Below the pieces are notes generated by a model. The model ran no database searches. It had not been told where the DNA came from and saw nothing but the letters and a program-made list of their open reading frames with translations. From positions 3,648,001-3,712,000 of the forward strand of contig OZ250169.1 of assembly GCA_965237955.1 (NCBI GenBank): DNA of 64,000 bases, in the 5' to 3' direction. The translations under genes were made by a program, and so were the position numbers. The DNA is from Candidatus Marinacidobacterales bacterium. GTDB lineage: Bacteria; Acidobacteriota; Vicinamibacteria; Marinacidobacterales; SMYC01. Shown piece after piece: positions 10,250 to 20,545 of this stretch; the stretch's first letter is position 1; every line of letters starts with the position of its first letter.

Positions 10250-10360
10250 CCTCCACAATCGCTATGTCTTGGAGCGTCCGGCGCACAAAGTTGCGCGTCA
10301 CATTGAAGCGGGCCTGGTGGGCCCGCTCGGCGTAGCGTGAAAACAGCTTCAGGCACACGC
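10250..10360. pseudogene. Small scraps of rve-IS (transposase RFNVTR fragment and 3' non-coding piece)
   Basis: CGTAGCGTGAAAACAGCTTCAGGCACACGC matches 4861-4890; the minus strand reads RFNVTRNFVRRTLQ. Confidence 0.55.
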
Positions 10361-10429
10361 CAAGTACGCGAAGCTCTATAAACGCAGTCGGCGAAATTCG
10401 AACCATATGTAACAAAAGGCAAGCGGCTA

Positions 10430-10891
10430 TCACACTGTAGCCGCCACCATTCCTCGTTGCTGCTGGTTGAGAAAATGTCCAAAGACCATGTTCGACTTTA
10501 CATCTTGTATATTCCGCCGACGCTGACACAGTATCGCAGCTTTCAAAGGATCGAACAGATCATCGTTCGGGTCGGCACGACGATTGCTCAGCTTCAGCGT
10601 GCGGATCACCTCAACATACTTGACCCGGCGAACGCTTTCTAGGAGCTGCTCAATAAGCACCTTCCGTCTCGTAGAATTGTGGATTCCCGGAATAGAGCGC
10701 TTTTCCCTATCAAAGGAAAGCAAGTCAGCCTCAAGTCCCTGAGCAAACTCACGATCCCAGGGAAAGGCCACCCCCTGCTGTCCCATCTGGGCAAGCAAGC
10801 CGTCGACAGCTTTCGCAGTTTCGAAGAGGCACTCGTCACCGAAGACCAGGAGTACGACGTCATCGCGCTCCCCGAGCAGCGTCGTTGGCAA
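10430..10891 (-). pseudogene. Truncated alpha-glutamyl/putrescinyl-thymine pyrophosphorylase clade 3-like fragment
   Basis: IPGI...LIEQLLESVRRVKYV...RRADPNDDLFDPLKAAIL resembles, from memory, the N-terminus of aGPT-Pplase3 proteins. Similarity ends near 10505. Confidence 0.6.
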
Positions 10892-10963
10892 CCGGTACCG
10901 CGAGACTAGCGAGTTCCAAGGACTCGCGCAGTCAGACTTGTCTCATCTCATCGCCGCCGCGTC

Positions 10964-11215
10964 TTATTGCTTCGCTGTCTTCTTCGCCTTCTCTGCCGCT
11001 TTGGCTTCTCGCACCTTTGCCTTCTCCGCCGCGTTGGCCTTGGCTTCCCGCACCTTTAGCCACGCCCGGACCTCCCGCAGACGGAATTGAGACGCCACGC
11101 CGCGCCCTCTAGTGTGGACCGGCATCCCAGACCGCTCCCATTTTGTTACCATCTGTTTATCGACGCCCAAATGCTCGGCTAGTTCCGACCTCGTCAACAC
11201 TCGCGCTTTGGCCAT
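10964..11215 (-). CDS. Small winged-HTH protein, phage terminase small subunit (Nu1)/excisionase-like
   Basis: LTRSELAEHLGVDKQMVTKWERSGMP...F.LREVRAW; strong RBS GGAGGA upstream. Confidence 0.7.
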   Translation of the reverse strand: MAKARVLTRSELAEHLGVDKQMVTKWERSGMPVHTRGRGVASQFRLREVRAWLKVREAKANAAEKAKVREAKAAEKAKKTAKQ

Positions 11216-11362
11216 AGTCCTCCTCCAAATGGCACTGCCCCCTTCTGCATTGAAAGACGCTCTTAGGGTACTACGGTTTCCCCTTGAACGAAGGATTCCA
11301 ATTCCTTTACTTCATTTCCACTCCTTTTGAGGGTAGCTCGTGTCCGTCAATTCATGACACTG

Positions 11363-11755
11363 ATGGTCTATTTCAAAAGGGCCGAGTTTTGGCACAGGAG
11401 GTGCTTCCGCAATTAAGTGTTGGCGGCCAGCCCCTAACCGGTCTGCGTGCTAGAGTTTGAACCAGAATTCGAAGACACAGTTCTCTCATCGTCAGGGCCG
11501 AGCCGAAGTGAAGAATCGCAGATGTCTCAATCCCGCATGTCCGTTGCGGGGCAAAGTCAGTTCCGGAAACATCGTTCGCCACGGATTCTACCGAACCAGG
11601 TCCTGGAAACGCCGTCGATACCAGTGCGGCGAGTGCGGAAAGACGTTCTCCTCGACGAAAGGCACGCCCTACTACCGTCTCCAACATCGAAGAGCTACTT
11701 TCGATGGGGTCATCGCTCTCAGAGTCGAGGGTGTCAGCATTTCCGCGATTTCTAA
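11363..11755 (+). mobile_element. rve-IS terminus (11363-11399) interrupted by an IS1-family remnant (11400 onward)
   Basis: GGCACAGGA|GGTGCTTCCGCAATTAAGTG; ORF with zinc ribbon CLNPAC...RYQCGECGKTFS and HTH EGVSISAIS, truncated. Confidence 0.8.
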
Positions 11756-11854
11756 ACTAACCGCACGAATGCGGCGACGACCTACATCGTTGCGGTTGGA
11801 CCGCAATTCCAGATCAGCTAGACTCTAGAGACGTTTCGGCATTTGCCGGCCGCG

Positions 11855-12108
11855 TTGCGATGAGGTGGCGGTACCAGCGCAGAAGCGTAGCGGGTGTGGC
11901 AACGGACGCAATCTGGGCCAGCGCCTCGCGGCCCAAAGCCTGGGCCTTGACGGCGAGCCTACGCCGGTCGTCGTCAGAGAGCTTGAGACGCTTGCCCCGA
12001 AGCCCGGCTCGGAGCACACGGTTCTCCTCTTGCAGGTAGTCGATCGCACCCTGCTGCTGGCGGTTGACCCAGCCAGCTAGAACGAGCAGTAGGAATTGCA
12101 CGTGGTAC
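11855..12108 (-). pseudogene. 5' fragment of the 34967-36037 transposase
   Basis: [19 protein letters not shown]...[10 protein letters not shown], nearly identical. Confidence 0.9.
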
Positions 12109-12111
12109 GCG

Positions 12112-12255
12112 CGAGATGGCAATCTCGAAGACGTTCTTTGCAAGATCCACAGCGATCGTCGTATCTTTCATTCGGACTCCTCCTTTTTCGATGCGTTCTT
12201 TCGACTGACTTTGGCACATCGATGCCGTCTATGTCAGCGGAGGAGTCCATCCCAT
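12112..12255 (-). mobile_element. IS110-family (IS1111-like) 5' remnant, copy 1
   Basis: MKDTTIAVDLAKNVFEIA; subterminal ATGGACTCCTCC. Confidence 0.85.
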
Positions 12256-12552
12256 CACTTGATGGCAGAAGCACCCCGTCCTGTGCCAAAACTCGGACAG
12301 CCACGACATCCCCAAGCGCCGGCCTACGTGTGCTCCGCAAAAAGTCGATCCAGCCTTGATTGCACGGTTTAGACCTGTCATGTACCGATGGCTGCTTCGC
12401 GCCGGTCGACCCGACGACGCCACTGATGGGTGCTTCGGCAGTCAAATGTTGGCGACCGCCGCGTAACCCGTTCGCGTGCTGAGTTTGAGTTTGATTTCGA
12501 GAAGCGCAGTTCTTTCGTCGATGCAGGCTGGGCCGAGTTTTGGCACAGGACG
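12256..12552. mobile_element. Cluster of IS termini: IS1 TIRs (12256-12275, 12429-12448), rve-IS termini (12277-12296, 12530-12552), rve-IS left end (12329-12423)
   Basis: Each motif matches copies elsewhere in the window. Confidence 0.75.
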
Positions 12553-12857
12553 GGGAGCAGGACGACGTCGTGTCCCAACCTTCGGAACGTCCTTGCCCAG
12601 AAGTGAGCAGAGCCGCAGGCTTCGAGAAGCACGGTGGCAGCGCTCTGTTTGGCAAAAAACGACACCAACTTGGGTCGACTCACACGGAGTTGCTTGGACA
12701 CCTTCCCCGCTTCTCCCGAGATGGCAATCTCGAAGACGTTCTTTGCAAGATCCACAGCGATCGTCGTATCTTTCATTCGGACTCCTCCTTTTCGATGCGT
12801 ATTCGACTGACTTTGGCACATCGATGCCGTCTATGTCAGCGGAGGAGTCCATTCCAT
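12553..12857 (-). mobile_element. IS110-family (IS1111-like) 5' remnant, copy 2
   Basis: MKDTTIAVDLAKNVFEIA...VLLEACGSAHFWAR...GHDVVLL (DEDD N-terminal domain), cut at rve-IS terminus 12552. Confidence 0.9.
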
Positions 12858-12933
12858 CACTTGATGGCGGAAGCACCGGCAGACCGGAGACTAGTCAAGT
12901 TCGGTGCGCGCGGATGAATAAATAGAAGGCACA
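12858..12933 (-). mobile_element. IS1 TIR (12858-12877) inserted in an rve-IS left end (12878-12933)
   Basis: CACTTGATGGCGGAAGCACC|GGCAGACCGGAGAC...AGAAGGCACA. Confidence 0.75.
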
Positions 12934-12955
12934 ACCCGCATACTCTCAGGTTGTT

Positions 12956-13852
12956 TCAAAATGCACGACGCAGTTCTCGCAGCCCGTACGTTTTCACGAG
13001 TGCGTCTTCAGTGCGCAATAGTGTATAGGCGTTGATGTTCATTCGATCCAGCCGCTGCAATACCTGGCCCCGCTCTCGTTGTGGAAGTGTGATCTTCCAA
13101 CAGATTGCATCTTCTATAGCGTTATTGTGCGTGACCCGGTTGGTACCTGGTGCGAGTATTTGCCCAAAATTGCATATAATGTACTCGTGGGAACCGTAGC
13201 AGTACACGCCGTTGTTCGCTGGATCGTGAAGAGCAATTGTGTACGCAGATTGTTGGTCATAATGTCTGGCTTCTCCCTTTACCGGATTCGGCCAATCGCG
13301 TATGCCCGCCTCCTGCCCGGGCAACAGTTCGCGCGCAGTTACGTAGTCCTTGTAGCGGTGCTTCGGCGGCCGCATTACGAAGATTGCAGCGCGTGACTGA
13401 TCCGTTTCGTCATTCTTATCGGCACCTGTGCGGCTGGCGGCGGCGAAAGCAAAATATGCTGCGACGTAGGGCGATAACGTCCAGTCAAGAAGCGGCGAGG
13501 GGAATCCGTGGTGTCGGAGATAGACTGCGTACTCGAAGGATAATGCTTCGCCATCTATCGGAAAAGGGTTGTCGCTCTTGTCGATCTTGCCGAAGACACG
13601 GTTCGTGTGTGTTTCTACGATCACCTGCATCTTTTTAGCGGCATCGCTGTATTTGTCAATAGGAACGTCAAGAGCAGGATGTCTTTCGGGGAGTAATTCC
13701 TGTCGACTTCGGTAGAGTGTGCTTTCGAGTCTCCACTTGCTTTCTCTATGCCCGCGGTAGAGTACAGTGGAGCCAAGTAGTTGTTTTTCGTCGAGCCATT
13801 TTTCGAACTCCACGAATGTCGTTAGCTGTTTCTCCTTGAATGGCGTCACCAC
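12956..13852 (-). CDS. FRG-domain protein
   Basis: LYRGH...W.LESTLYR; YLRHHGFPSPLLDWTLSPYVAAYFA; R...QQSAYT; L.RMNINAYTLL. Confidence 0.9.
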   Translation of the reverse strand: MVTPFKEKQLTTFVEFEKWLDEKQLLGSTVLYRGHRESKWRLESTLYRSRQELLPERHPALDVPIDKYSDAAKKMQVIVETHTNRVFGKIDKSDNPFPIDGEALSFEYAVYLRHHGFPSPLLDWTLSPYVAAYFAFAAASRTGADKNDETDQSRAAIFVMRPPKHRYKDYVTARELLPGQEAGIRDWPNPVKGEARHYDQQSAYTIALHDPANNGVYCYGSHEYIICNFGQILAPGTNRVTHNNAIEDAICWKITLPQRERGQVLQRLDRMNINAYTLLRTEDALVKTYGLRELRRAF

Positions 13853-13906
13853 TCGACCTGATCCCTTCTTTGCAATTCCGCACCATATTAGTATGGCTGA
13901 TGGCGT

Positions 13907-14215
13907 TGTGCCTTCTATTTATTCATCCGGGCGCCCCGAACTTGATTAGTCTCCGGTCTGCCGGCACCATACCTGCTTGATTTCGTCGTTTGTTCGCGCG
14001 CTCATCTCCGCCTTCAAGGCTCGTCGCGAACTGGCTCTTGACAATGTCGCTCTTCGGCAGCAGCTCGCCGTCCTCTGCCGTCCGGTGAAACGGCGCGGCT
14101 CTCGAAGGTCGACCGCGGGTGGGGTAACTGTAAAGCCTAGGGGCCCTTGGCCCCCCAGTCGCTAAGCTGCTGATTTATGGTCTATTTCGAAAGGGCCGAG
14201 TTTTGGCACAGGACG
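13907..14215 (+). mobile_element. ~309-bp non-autonomous rve-IS derivative, copy A
   Basis: Left end + MISSFVRALISAFKARRELAL fragment + shortened right end; same internal junction as 31645-31953. Confidence 0.88.
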
Positions 14216-15233
14216 ACGACGCGGGAGAGGCGCCATGCTGACCCAGTAAACGATCGAGAAGATGAACGCCATGAAGTTATTCGGCCTGGTCGCTGCATTC
14301 GACACCCAGCTGAGCTCGAGCGAATACGACGAACTGAGTTTCGAAGAGCGTGTTGGTCTCCTGGTCGATGCGGAGTGGAGCGACCGCGAATGCCGCAAAC
14401 TGTCACGACGCCTGAAAGCTGCCAAGCTCCGTTATCCCGCTTCTTTGGAGAACGTCAACTTCCAGGCGTCGCGTGGTCTGAATCGCCAGCAGATCCTCAC
14501 CCTGGGAAGCGGCCGCTGGATCGCCGAGCAACACAACCTCCTCATCACTGGACCGACGGGGATCGGCAAGTCTTTTCTCGCATGCGCCTTCGTCGAGCGG
14601 GCTTGTCGCCGTGGCTTCACCGGCTGCTACGTCCGAGCATCTCGTCTCGTTCACGACCTTGGCGTCGCGCGCGGTGACGGCTCCTACGTACGGCTTCTGA
14701 GTCGGCTCGCCAAGGTTGACCTGCTCGCCATCGATGACTGGCTCCTTCACCCGCTCAAGGACGCGGACAGACGCGACCTCATGGAGGTCATCGAAGAGCG
14801 TGCCGAGCGTGGCTCGACGCTCATCGCCACGCAGCTTCCCGTCAAGCAATGGCACACCGCCATCGGTGACCCCAACCACGCCGATGCGCTTTGCGATCGC
14901 ATCCTCCACCGAGCCCATCGAATTACACTCAAGGGCGCTTCGCTTCGCAAAACCAAATCCGCACCCGAGACCACCACGGGGGATACATGAGCGCCGCAGG
15001 AACGGTTGGGCGCTGCCTCCGGGAGCGGGATGGTCGCTTCGCGTCGTTTATTAAGCCCGCTCCCTACGGCACCGCCCAACCGTTCCTTGTCCTTCCACCC
15101 GCAGCTGAGATACCGTCTGAAACATCGGAAAGGAGGCTTACCTACACGTCAACGCTTCGTTGAGCGATCGGCTTCCCAGGAATCCGTGATCGGCTTGCTC
15201 AGGAACAGGTGATCGCGATGGCCGGAATACGCA
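14216..15233 (+). mobile_element. istB: IS21-family remnant: istB (14235-14990, early TAA at codon 5) and right end; istA lost
   Basis: GPTGIGKS, LLAIDDW; highly similar to 40750-41508; end GGAATACGCA. Confidence 0.9.
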
Positions 15234-15402
15234 CTAAATGCAAAGAGTCGTGTTTTCATTCGACTGCGCAGCATCTCGGTGCGAAGAAGTTCACGACTGA
15301 ACCCGTTTTGAAGCGTCTGTACCGGGCGTAGTCGGTTCATACGTGGCTTTGGGGGATAGCTCTCCGGCAAGGAGCGTGCTCGACAAAATACCAACCTCAA
15401 TT

Positions 15403-16938
15403 TCAACATCGCATCGTTGTGGCGAGTTGGTCGAAGCCTCGAAGAAAAACCGGTTGCCAAGGGTTCCACGCGAGCAGGCGGTAAATGGTTTTTCTTCCCT
15501 GGCGGATGATCTGAGCGGGGACGCGGATAAATGCGTTTACGAACGATTTGAACTCCATCCGGATAACGGCTCGTTTCTCGGCCTTGTACTTGCTCGCCCA
15601 CCGTCTCTTTTCAGGGAGTAGGAGCCCGAACCACGCTTTGAGGCTCCAAGCAAGCGACGCCATCACCATGTATGCCCAGTTGCTCAATAGATTGTCGAGC
15701 GGTGTCTCGAGCGCATGAACCCCGCTCTTGAGCTGCGCGATTAGGTTTTCTTGATTGCAGCGCTCGTTCGATTCCCACACGATCTCCTCGACCGGAACAT
15801 CCCGCTTGTTGGTGAGATAGAAGAAGTAAACGATGTCATCAAACAAGCGCTGCTCACCTTTCTCCACCGACAGGTTTTTCCGGAGAACGACCGCGTGGTA
15901 GTTTTTTTTGCATGCGACGGGCGAGTACTCAAACTCTGCCACATCTTCCGACACGGTGTGGATGTTCTTGTATTCTCGTTCTCGAACAATCGCCTGTTTC
16001 ACATTCTTCGGTCTCTGCCGAAGCAACGTCTTCACCTCATACTTCGGACGCCGTTTGAGTCGCTTCCAGGCCCGCCTGGGAAGGCTTTCCGCAATCCTCT
16101 TCACATTCGGCATCGCGTCCATTCCGAATACGAACTCGACCTCTTGCTCATCCCAGCGGGCCAGATGCTTCGTTTGCGTAAAGTCTGTGTCACCGCGTAG
16201 CGTCACTTTCTTGAAGCCGCTTCGTCGACACAACTCGATCGCTTGGTCCAGTCGTTCGCTCGCCCTTTCACTCGACGGACGGTTGCCCCCTCGATTCACC
16301 AGAAAAAGGGGCTCCTGCGTATTCGCCAACGACACCAACAATGGGTGAAAGCCCCATGTCCCCTTGTACGAAATGTTCATCCCTTCCTTACACTCTGCCA
16401 GTGTTTCCACCAGTGTCCCGTCCGCGTCAATCTTCGCTTCGTCAAAAAACTCTTCCGGTTGCTGTGACCACATTCGCGGACGCACTTCGTTGAAGGCCTC
16501 CATCAACGCGTTAATGTCTTCCTCCTTTAATCGACGACAAAAATCTCCCGCCGTCGTCGGGTCCGGAATCCGCTGAGCCCCGAGCGCATCCAGATACACT
16601 TCGTCATTTCTCAACAACTCGATGTCCTCTAGACACGTCCCGCCCGACAGTATGTTGTATGCGATGTTCAGCACATGATCCGACTCGTGGTAGGGCAGAT
16701 GAACTTTCAGAACATCGACTCTCTCGTCGATCGCTTTCACCAACCCGCTCGCCAACGCGAATTTGTGGACCGCACCGATCCCGCCAACCCCAACGCCTCG
16801 CGTTCGCTCCGACAACTCGTAATGGATGTTACTCGCGCTGAACATCGGCTCGTCTTGTGCGGGCCAATTCTTCCGTCCCAGACGACGTTCGATGCAACGT
16901 TTGCGATTCCGTTCTTTCTGTTGTCTACTCTTGCTCAC
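15403..16938 (-). CDS. IS1380-family transposase
   Basis: IPDPTTAGDFCRR, IDADGT, GFHPLLVSLAN, LRGDTDF, RCNQENLIAQLK, NWAYMVMASLAW. Confidence 0.9.
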   Translation of the reverse strand: MSKSRQQKERNRKRCIERRLGRKNWPAQDEPMFSASNIHYELSERTRGVGVGGIGAVHKFALASGLVKAIDERVDVLKVHLPYHESDHVLNIAYNILSGGTCLEDIELLRNDEVYLDALGAQRIPDPTTAGDFCRRLKEEDINALMEAFNEVRPRMWSQQPEEFFDEAKIDADGTLVETLAECKEGMNISYKGTWGFHPLLVSLANTQEPLFLVNRGGNRPSSERASERLDQAIELCRRSGFKKVTLRGDTDFTQTKHLARWDEQEVEFVFGMDAMPNVKRIAESLPRRAWKRLKRRPKYEVKTLLRQRPKNVKQAIVREREYKNIHTVSEDVAEFEYSPVACKKNYHAVVLRKNLSVEKGEQRLFDDIVYFFYLTNKRDVPVEEIVWESNERCNQENLIAQLKSGVHALETPLDNLLSNWAYMVMASLAWSLKAWFGLLLPEKRRWASKYKAEKRAVIRMEFKSFVNAFIRVPAQIIRQGRKTIYRLLAWNPWQPVFLRGFDQLATTMRC

Positions 16939-17102
16939 TCGAAATGCCCCGCTCGGCGATTAAAGTTTGGCTTTGCAACTTTCTTTATACGCCGGAAACA
17001 CAGGGCATTTCGAGTGCTTTTTTCTAGTTCAAACTATTTTTCCATCCAATCGCGCTTGTTATAGGTCTAGTCAGGCGAGGGCAACCTCAGAGGAGGAACA
17101 GA

Positions 17103-17531
17103 ATGAGTTTGACAAAAAGGCTGGGCGTGACGTTCGTTTTGATCGCAGCAGTCGCGGCTATTGCTGTGGGCTCCGTCAAAGCTGCCTCTGTCTCAGTCCG
17201 TGTGGGAGTGTACGACGACACGGAGAGGAGACCAATGCCGGAGAAGGCAGAAATCTGGATTCGAGGTCTTGGATCTTGGTGGATTGTCCGGGAGACCGTA
17301 AAGAACGTGCCCGAACGGCAGGTCGGAGCAGTGGATACTATCTTCGTCTATCCCGATGGCCGCTCTGGTAAGGAGATTAGTGTGAGGTTCAAGATCACCA
17401 CAGATATGTGTCCGCAGGGCTGTGCCCGAGACCTCATTTCCGTTGCCATTTCCGACACCGAAGTGAGTGTTCAAGGAACTCCCATCGATGCTGCCAACGA
17501 CGAGTTCGAGGTGATTCTAAAGCGCCGTTAG
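17103..17531 (+). CDS. Hypothetical secreted beta-rich protein
   Basis: RBS GAGGAG; signal peptide ending VKA. Confidence 0.75.
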   Translation: MSLTKRLGVTFVLIAAVAAIAVGSVKAASVSVRVGVYDDTERRPMPEKAEIWIRGLGSWWIVRETVKNVPERQVGAVDTIFVYPDGRSGKEISVRFKITTDMCPQGCARDLISVAISDTEVSVQGTPIDAANDEFEVILKRR

Positions 17532-17635
17532 TGACCCTAATTCGAGACCGCTGCATCGCGTCGGAACTGGTGTCCGAAGGCTCATAGTGGTAGAACCTTC
17601 CAGCGTGTTTCACATCGCGTTGGGAATCAAAAGAA

Positions 17636-18061
17636 ATGGACTTGGTTACCCGTAAAGTTCTTGAGACGGCTGTAAACTCTATGGCCGACTTCAAAAACAC
17701 GTTCGGGCGAGATTTGTCAGTATCGATTCTTGCGGAATTGTACGTTGCATTGGAGTTGGATTTGTCAATTGTTAGCGAACCGAACACACCCGGTTTCGAT
17801 CTTCTTTCAGAGGACAGGACGCATTATCAGATCAAACATCGCAGCGCCACTACACTCAACGTAGACATCAATAATTTTGATTTCGATTACCTTGTTCTCG
17901 TCAACATGTCCCCCGGCTACCGCCTAACCGGCATGTGGCAACTCGATGTCGAGGCGGCACGTTCCCTCTTCGTCCACAGAGCGAAATACCGCAAATACCA
18001 AGCCACGCAAAAGGCGGTCAAGAATGCCGCGAAAGCGTTAGTGGTGAGGGGAATCGCTTAA
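17636..18061 (+). CDS. Small PD-(D/E/Q)XK-type nuclease-like protein (DUF6998-like)
   Basis: LAELYVA...PGFDL...YQIK motif spacing. Confidence 0.6.
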   Translation: MDLVTRKVLETAVNSMADFKNTFGRDLSVSILAELYVALELDLSIVSEPNTPGFDLLSEDRTHYQIKHRSATTLNVDINNFDFDYLVLVNMSPGYRLTGMWQLDVEAARSLFVHRAKYRKYQATQKAVKNAAKALVVRGIA

Positions 18062-18174
18062 CGCTCGTCGCGTGGGGAATCGTCCCGAATTCCAGCGTTT
18101 GTCAGACTTCCCCTGCTGTTGGCGAGAGTTCGCCAAGCACGCCGTCAAATAGGGTTTCAAGATCGTCTTGCGCA

Positions 18175-19760
18175 ATGGCGTGGAAGAGAACGTTACCGGA
18201 CTCGAATAGCAGTCTCCGGCTGACATCCAGAGATAAGCGAGCGGCAGGGAGAAGGAGCTGTCATGAGCAAAGGTCGTCGTCGTCACACTGCGGAGCAAAA
18301 GGCAGAGCTGTTGCGCCAGCACGTTGCCGAGAAAAAGCCGGTCTCGGAGGTATGCAACGAGGCAGAAATCCAGCCGAGCCTGTTCTACACACGGCAAAGG
18401 GAGCTATTGGCTGGAGCCCATACGGTGTTTTCGTTCCGTCGTGCGCCGAGCCGTGAGAAGGAGCTAGAGGAGAAGCTCTCCCGTCTCGAGGCGAAGGTGG
18501 CCCGTAAGGATCAGATCATCGCTGAGGTGACCGAAGAGTACGTGACACTCAAAAAAAACTTGGGGAAGCCTGAGTGGTGCCTGGATTCCCCATGACCGTC
18601 GTGACGAGGTTGTCGACTTCGTGAACACAATCGCCACCAAGACCCAGCTTCCGGTCCAGCAGATCGTTCAGTGGTGCGGGATCGCTCGGGGCAAGTTCTA
18701 CGACTGGCGCAAGCGGTACGGGAAGGTGAATGAGCACAACGGCCTGGTGCCGCGGGATCACTGGATCGAAGAATGGGAGCGCCAGTCCGTGATCGACTAC
18801 TTCGACTGCCACCCACTGGACGGGTATCGCCGACTCACGTTCATGATGCTGGACGAAGACGTGGTGGCAGTTAGCCCCTCGACGACGTACCGGGTGTTGT
18901 CGAAGGCGGGTCGTCTGGACCGTTGGAACCCGAAGCCGTCGAAGAAGGGAACGGGCTTCGTTCAGCCGCTGCGAGCGCACCAGCACTGGCACACGGATAT
19001 CTCGTACTTGAACCTGGGTGGGACGTTCTACTACCTCTGCTCGTTTCTGGATGGTGCGAGCCGCGCGGTGGTTCACTGGGAGATTCGTGAGTCGATGACG
19101 GAAGCGGATGTGGAGTGCATCTTGGAGCGAGCAAAGGAGCGGTACCCCGATGCGCGGCCTCGAATCATCTCGGACAACGGTCCGCAGTACATCGCGAAGG
19201 ACTTCAAGGCATTCATCCGCATCTCAGGGATGACGCACGTGAGGACCGCGCCGTACTACCCGCAATCGAACGGGAAGATTGAGCGTTGGCACAAGACGAT
19301 AAAATCGGACGCCCTGCGTCCTGCCAGCCCCACGAGCCTCGAAGAGGCTCGCCGCTTGATGGAACGATTCGTCGAATATTACAACGGGGTTCGCCTGCAC
19401 AGCGCGATCGGCTACATTGCGCCGCTGGACTTCATGGATGGCAAGGCCACCCAGATCTGGTCGGAGCGAGACCGCAAACTCGAGCAGGCTCGGAAGCTGC
19501 GGCGTGAGCGCCGTGCGAACAAGGTGCCCGCATGAACACTCTGATCCCAGGAGCCCCACTCCGTTCCCTCTCGCCCACAAGCATTGAGTACCAGAGAGCG
19601 CAGGGGGCGTCAAGGGCAGCGAAGCCGGCGCGCGCAGCGCGCTTTACCCTTGACGCCCCCGAGCACTCTGGTACGATCCCTGGGGCGATAGGGGACATCC
19701 TGCCGCCGGGCGTTGCGTTAACGTCCAACCTCGCTGTCATCTTCACGCTGAACCAATACA
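18175..19760 (+). mobile_element. IS3-family element: orfA 18263-18595, orfB to 19535, -1 frameshift site A8C at 18551
   Basis: orfA HTH; orfB WHTDISY, SDNGPQY, PQSNGKIERWH, RLHSAIGY; right end ...GCTGAACCAATACA. Left boundary approximate. Confidence 0.9.
19588..19674. repeat. Long imperfect inverted repeat in the IS3 3' non-coding region
   Basis: GTACCAGAG..GGGGGCGTCAAGGG / CCCTTGACGCCCCC..CTCTGGTAC. Confidence 0.8.
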
Positions 19761-20040
19761 CCGCCAGCAAGCTCATCTTGAACTCCACCGTCTTGACCGT
19801 GGAGCCCGGCGAGACCGAACCCACCGCGAAGTTACCCGCCGTGTCCGCCAGCAGACCGATGAGACCCCCGTGGATGACGCCATGACTTTCTTCGAACTCG
19901 GCCCGAAACGGCAAACGCACGCGCGCCACGCCGTTCTCGCAATAGCTGAGTGTCATGCCCAGGTAGCGGCTGATCGGAGCCGCCTCGAAGAGTTGTTTGA
20001 GTTTTTCGAGATGCGCGGAACGTTCCGTCGTTTCACCCAC
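19761..20040 (-). pseudogene. PaaI-family thioesterase truncated by IS3
   Basis: GVIHGGLIGLLADTAG...TVEFKMSLL, cut at the IS end. Confidence 0.85.
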
Positions 20041-20099
20041 CCGCTGGTGGCGGACACCTTGATGAAATCTGCTAAAATGGGCGTGTAACGGAATCGTCA

Positions 20100-20535
20100 G
20101 TCGGCTTTCGCGTTTTCAAGCTAGACACTTCCAACAACCGTGCCTGGGAGCCGGCTCACGACAACTTAGAGGGCTCATTGCTCGACAGCATCGACCGCAT
20201 CAAGCCGGACCGTGGCGAGCAGGGCATCCTCTACGAGCTCCTACTGAAGCTTGGCCTGGACCTCTGCATACCCATCGAGACCCGCAACATCGTGGGCAAG
20301 TCTGTCCGCTCCATCGGGGCCGGCGCATTGATAGCCTGCCTCGACGAGAACATTGCTAGAGAAGGGGTCGAGCCCCTGGCGGTCGGAATCGCCGTGTGAC
20401 CCGCAGAGATGGAACTCGCCGACGACAGCATCGTGGTTTTCCGCGACAGCGCCTTCGACGACGACGTTGCCAAGACCAACCTGGCGTTCATCCTGAAGCA
20501 ACGCGGGCTGGAGAATGTTCGGAGTTTGCGAGCTG
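20100..20535 (+). pseudogene. C-terminal fragment of type III R-M Mod subunit
   Basis: GFRVFKLDTSN...DR...ILYELLLKLGLDL...VVFRDSAFDDDVAKTN; internal TGA at 20397. Confidence 0.8.
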
Positions 20536-20545
20536 AGGAACTGCT

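Noticed and set aside
10964-11215. Prophage
   Set aside because: Only one phage-like small gene; no structural, integrase or replication genes nearby.
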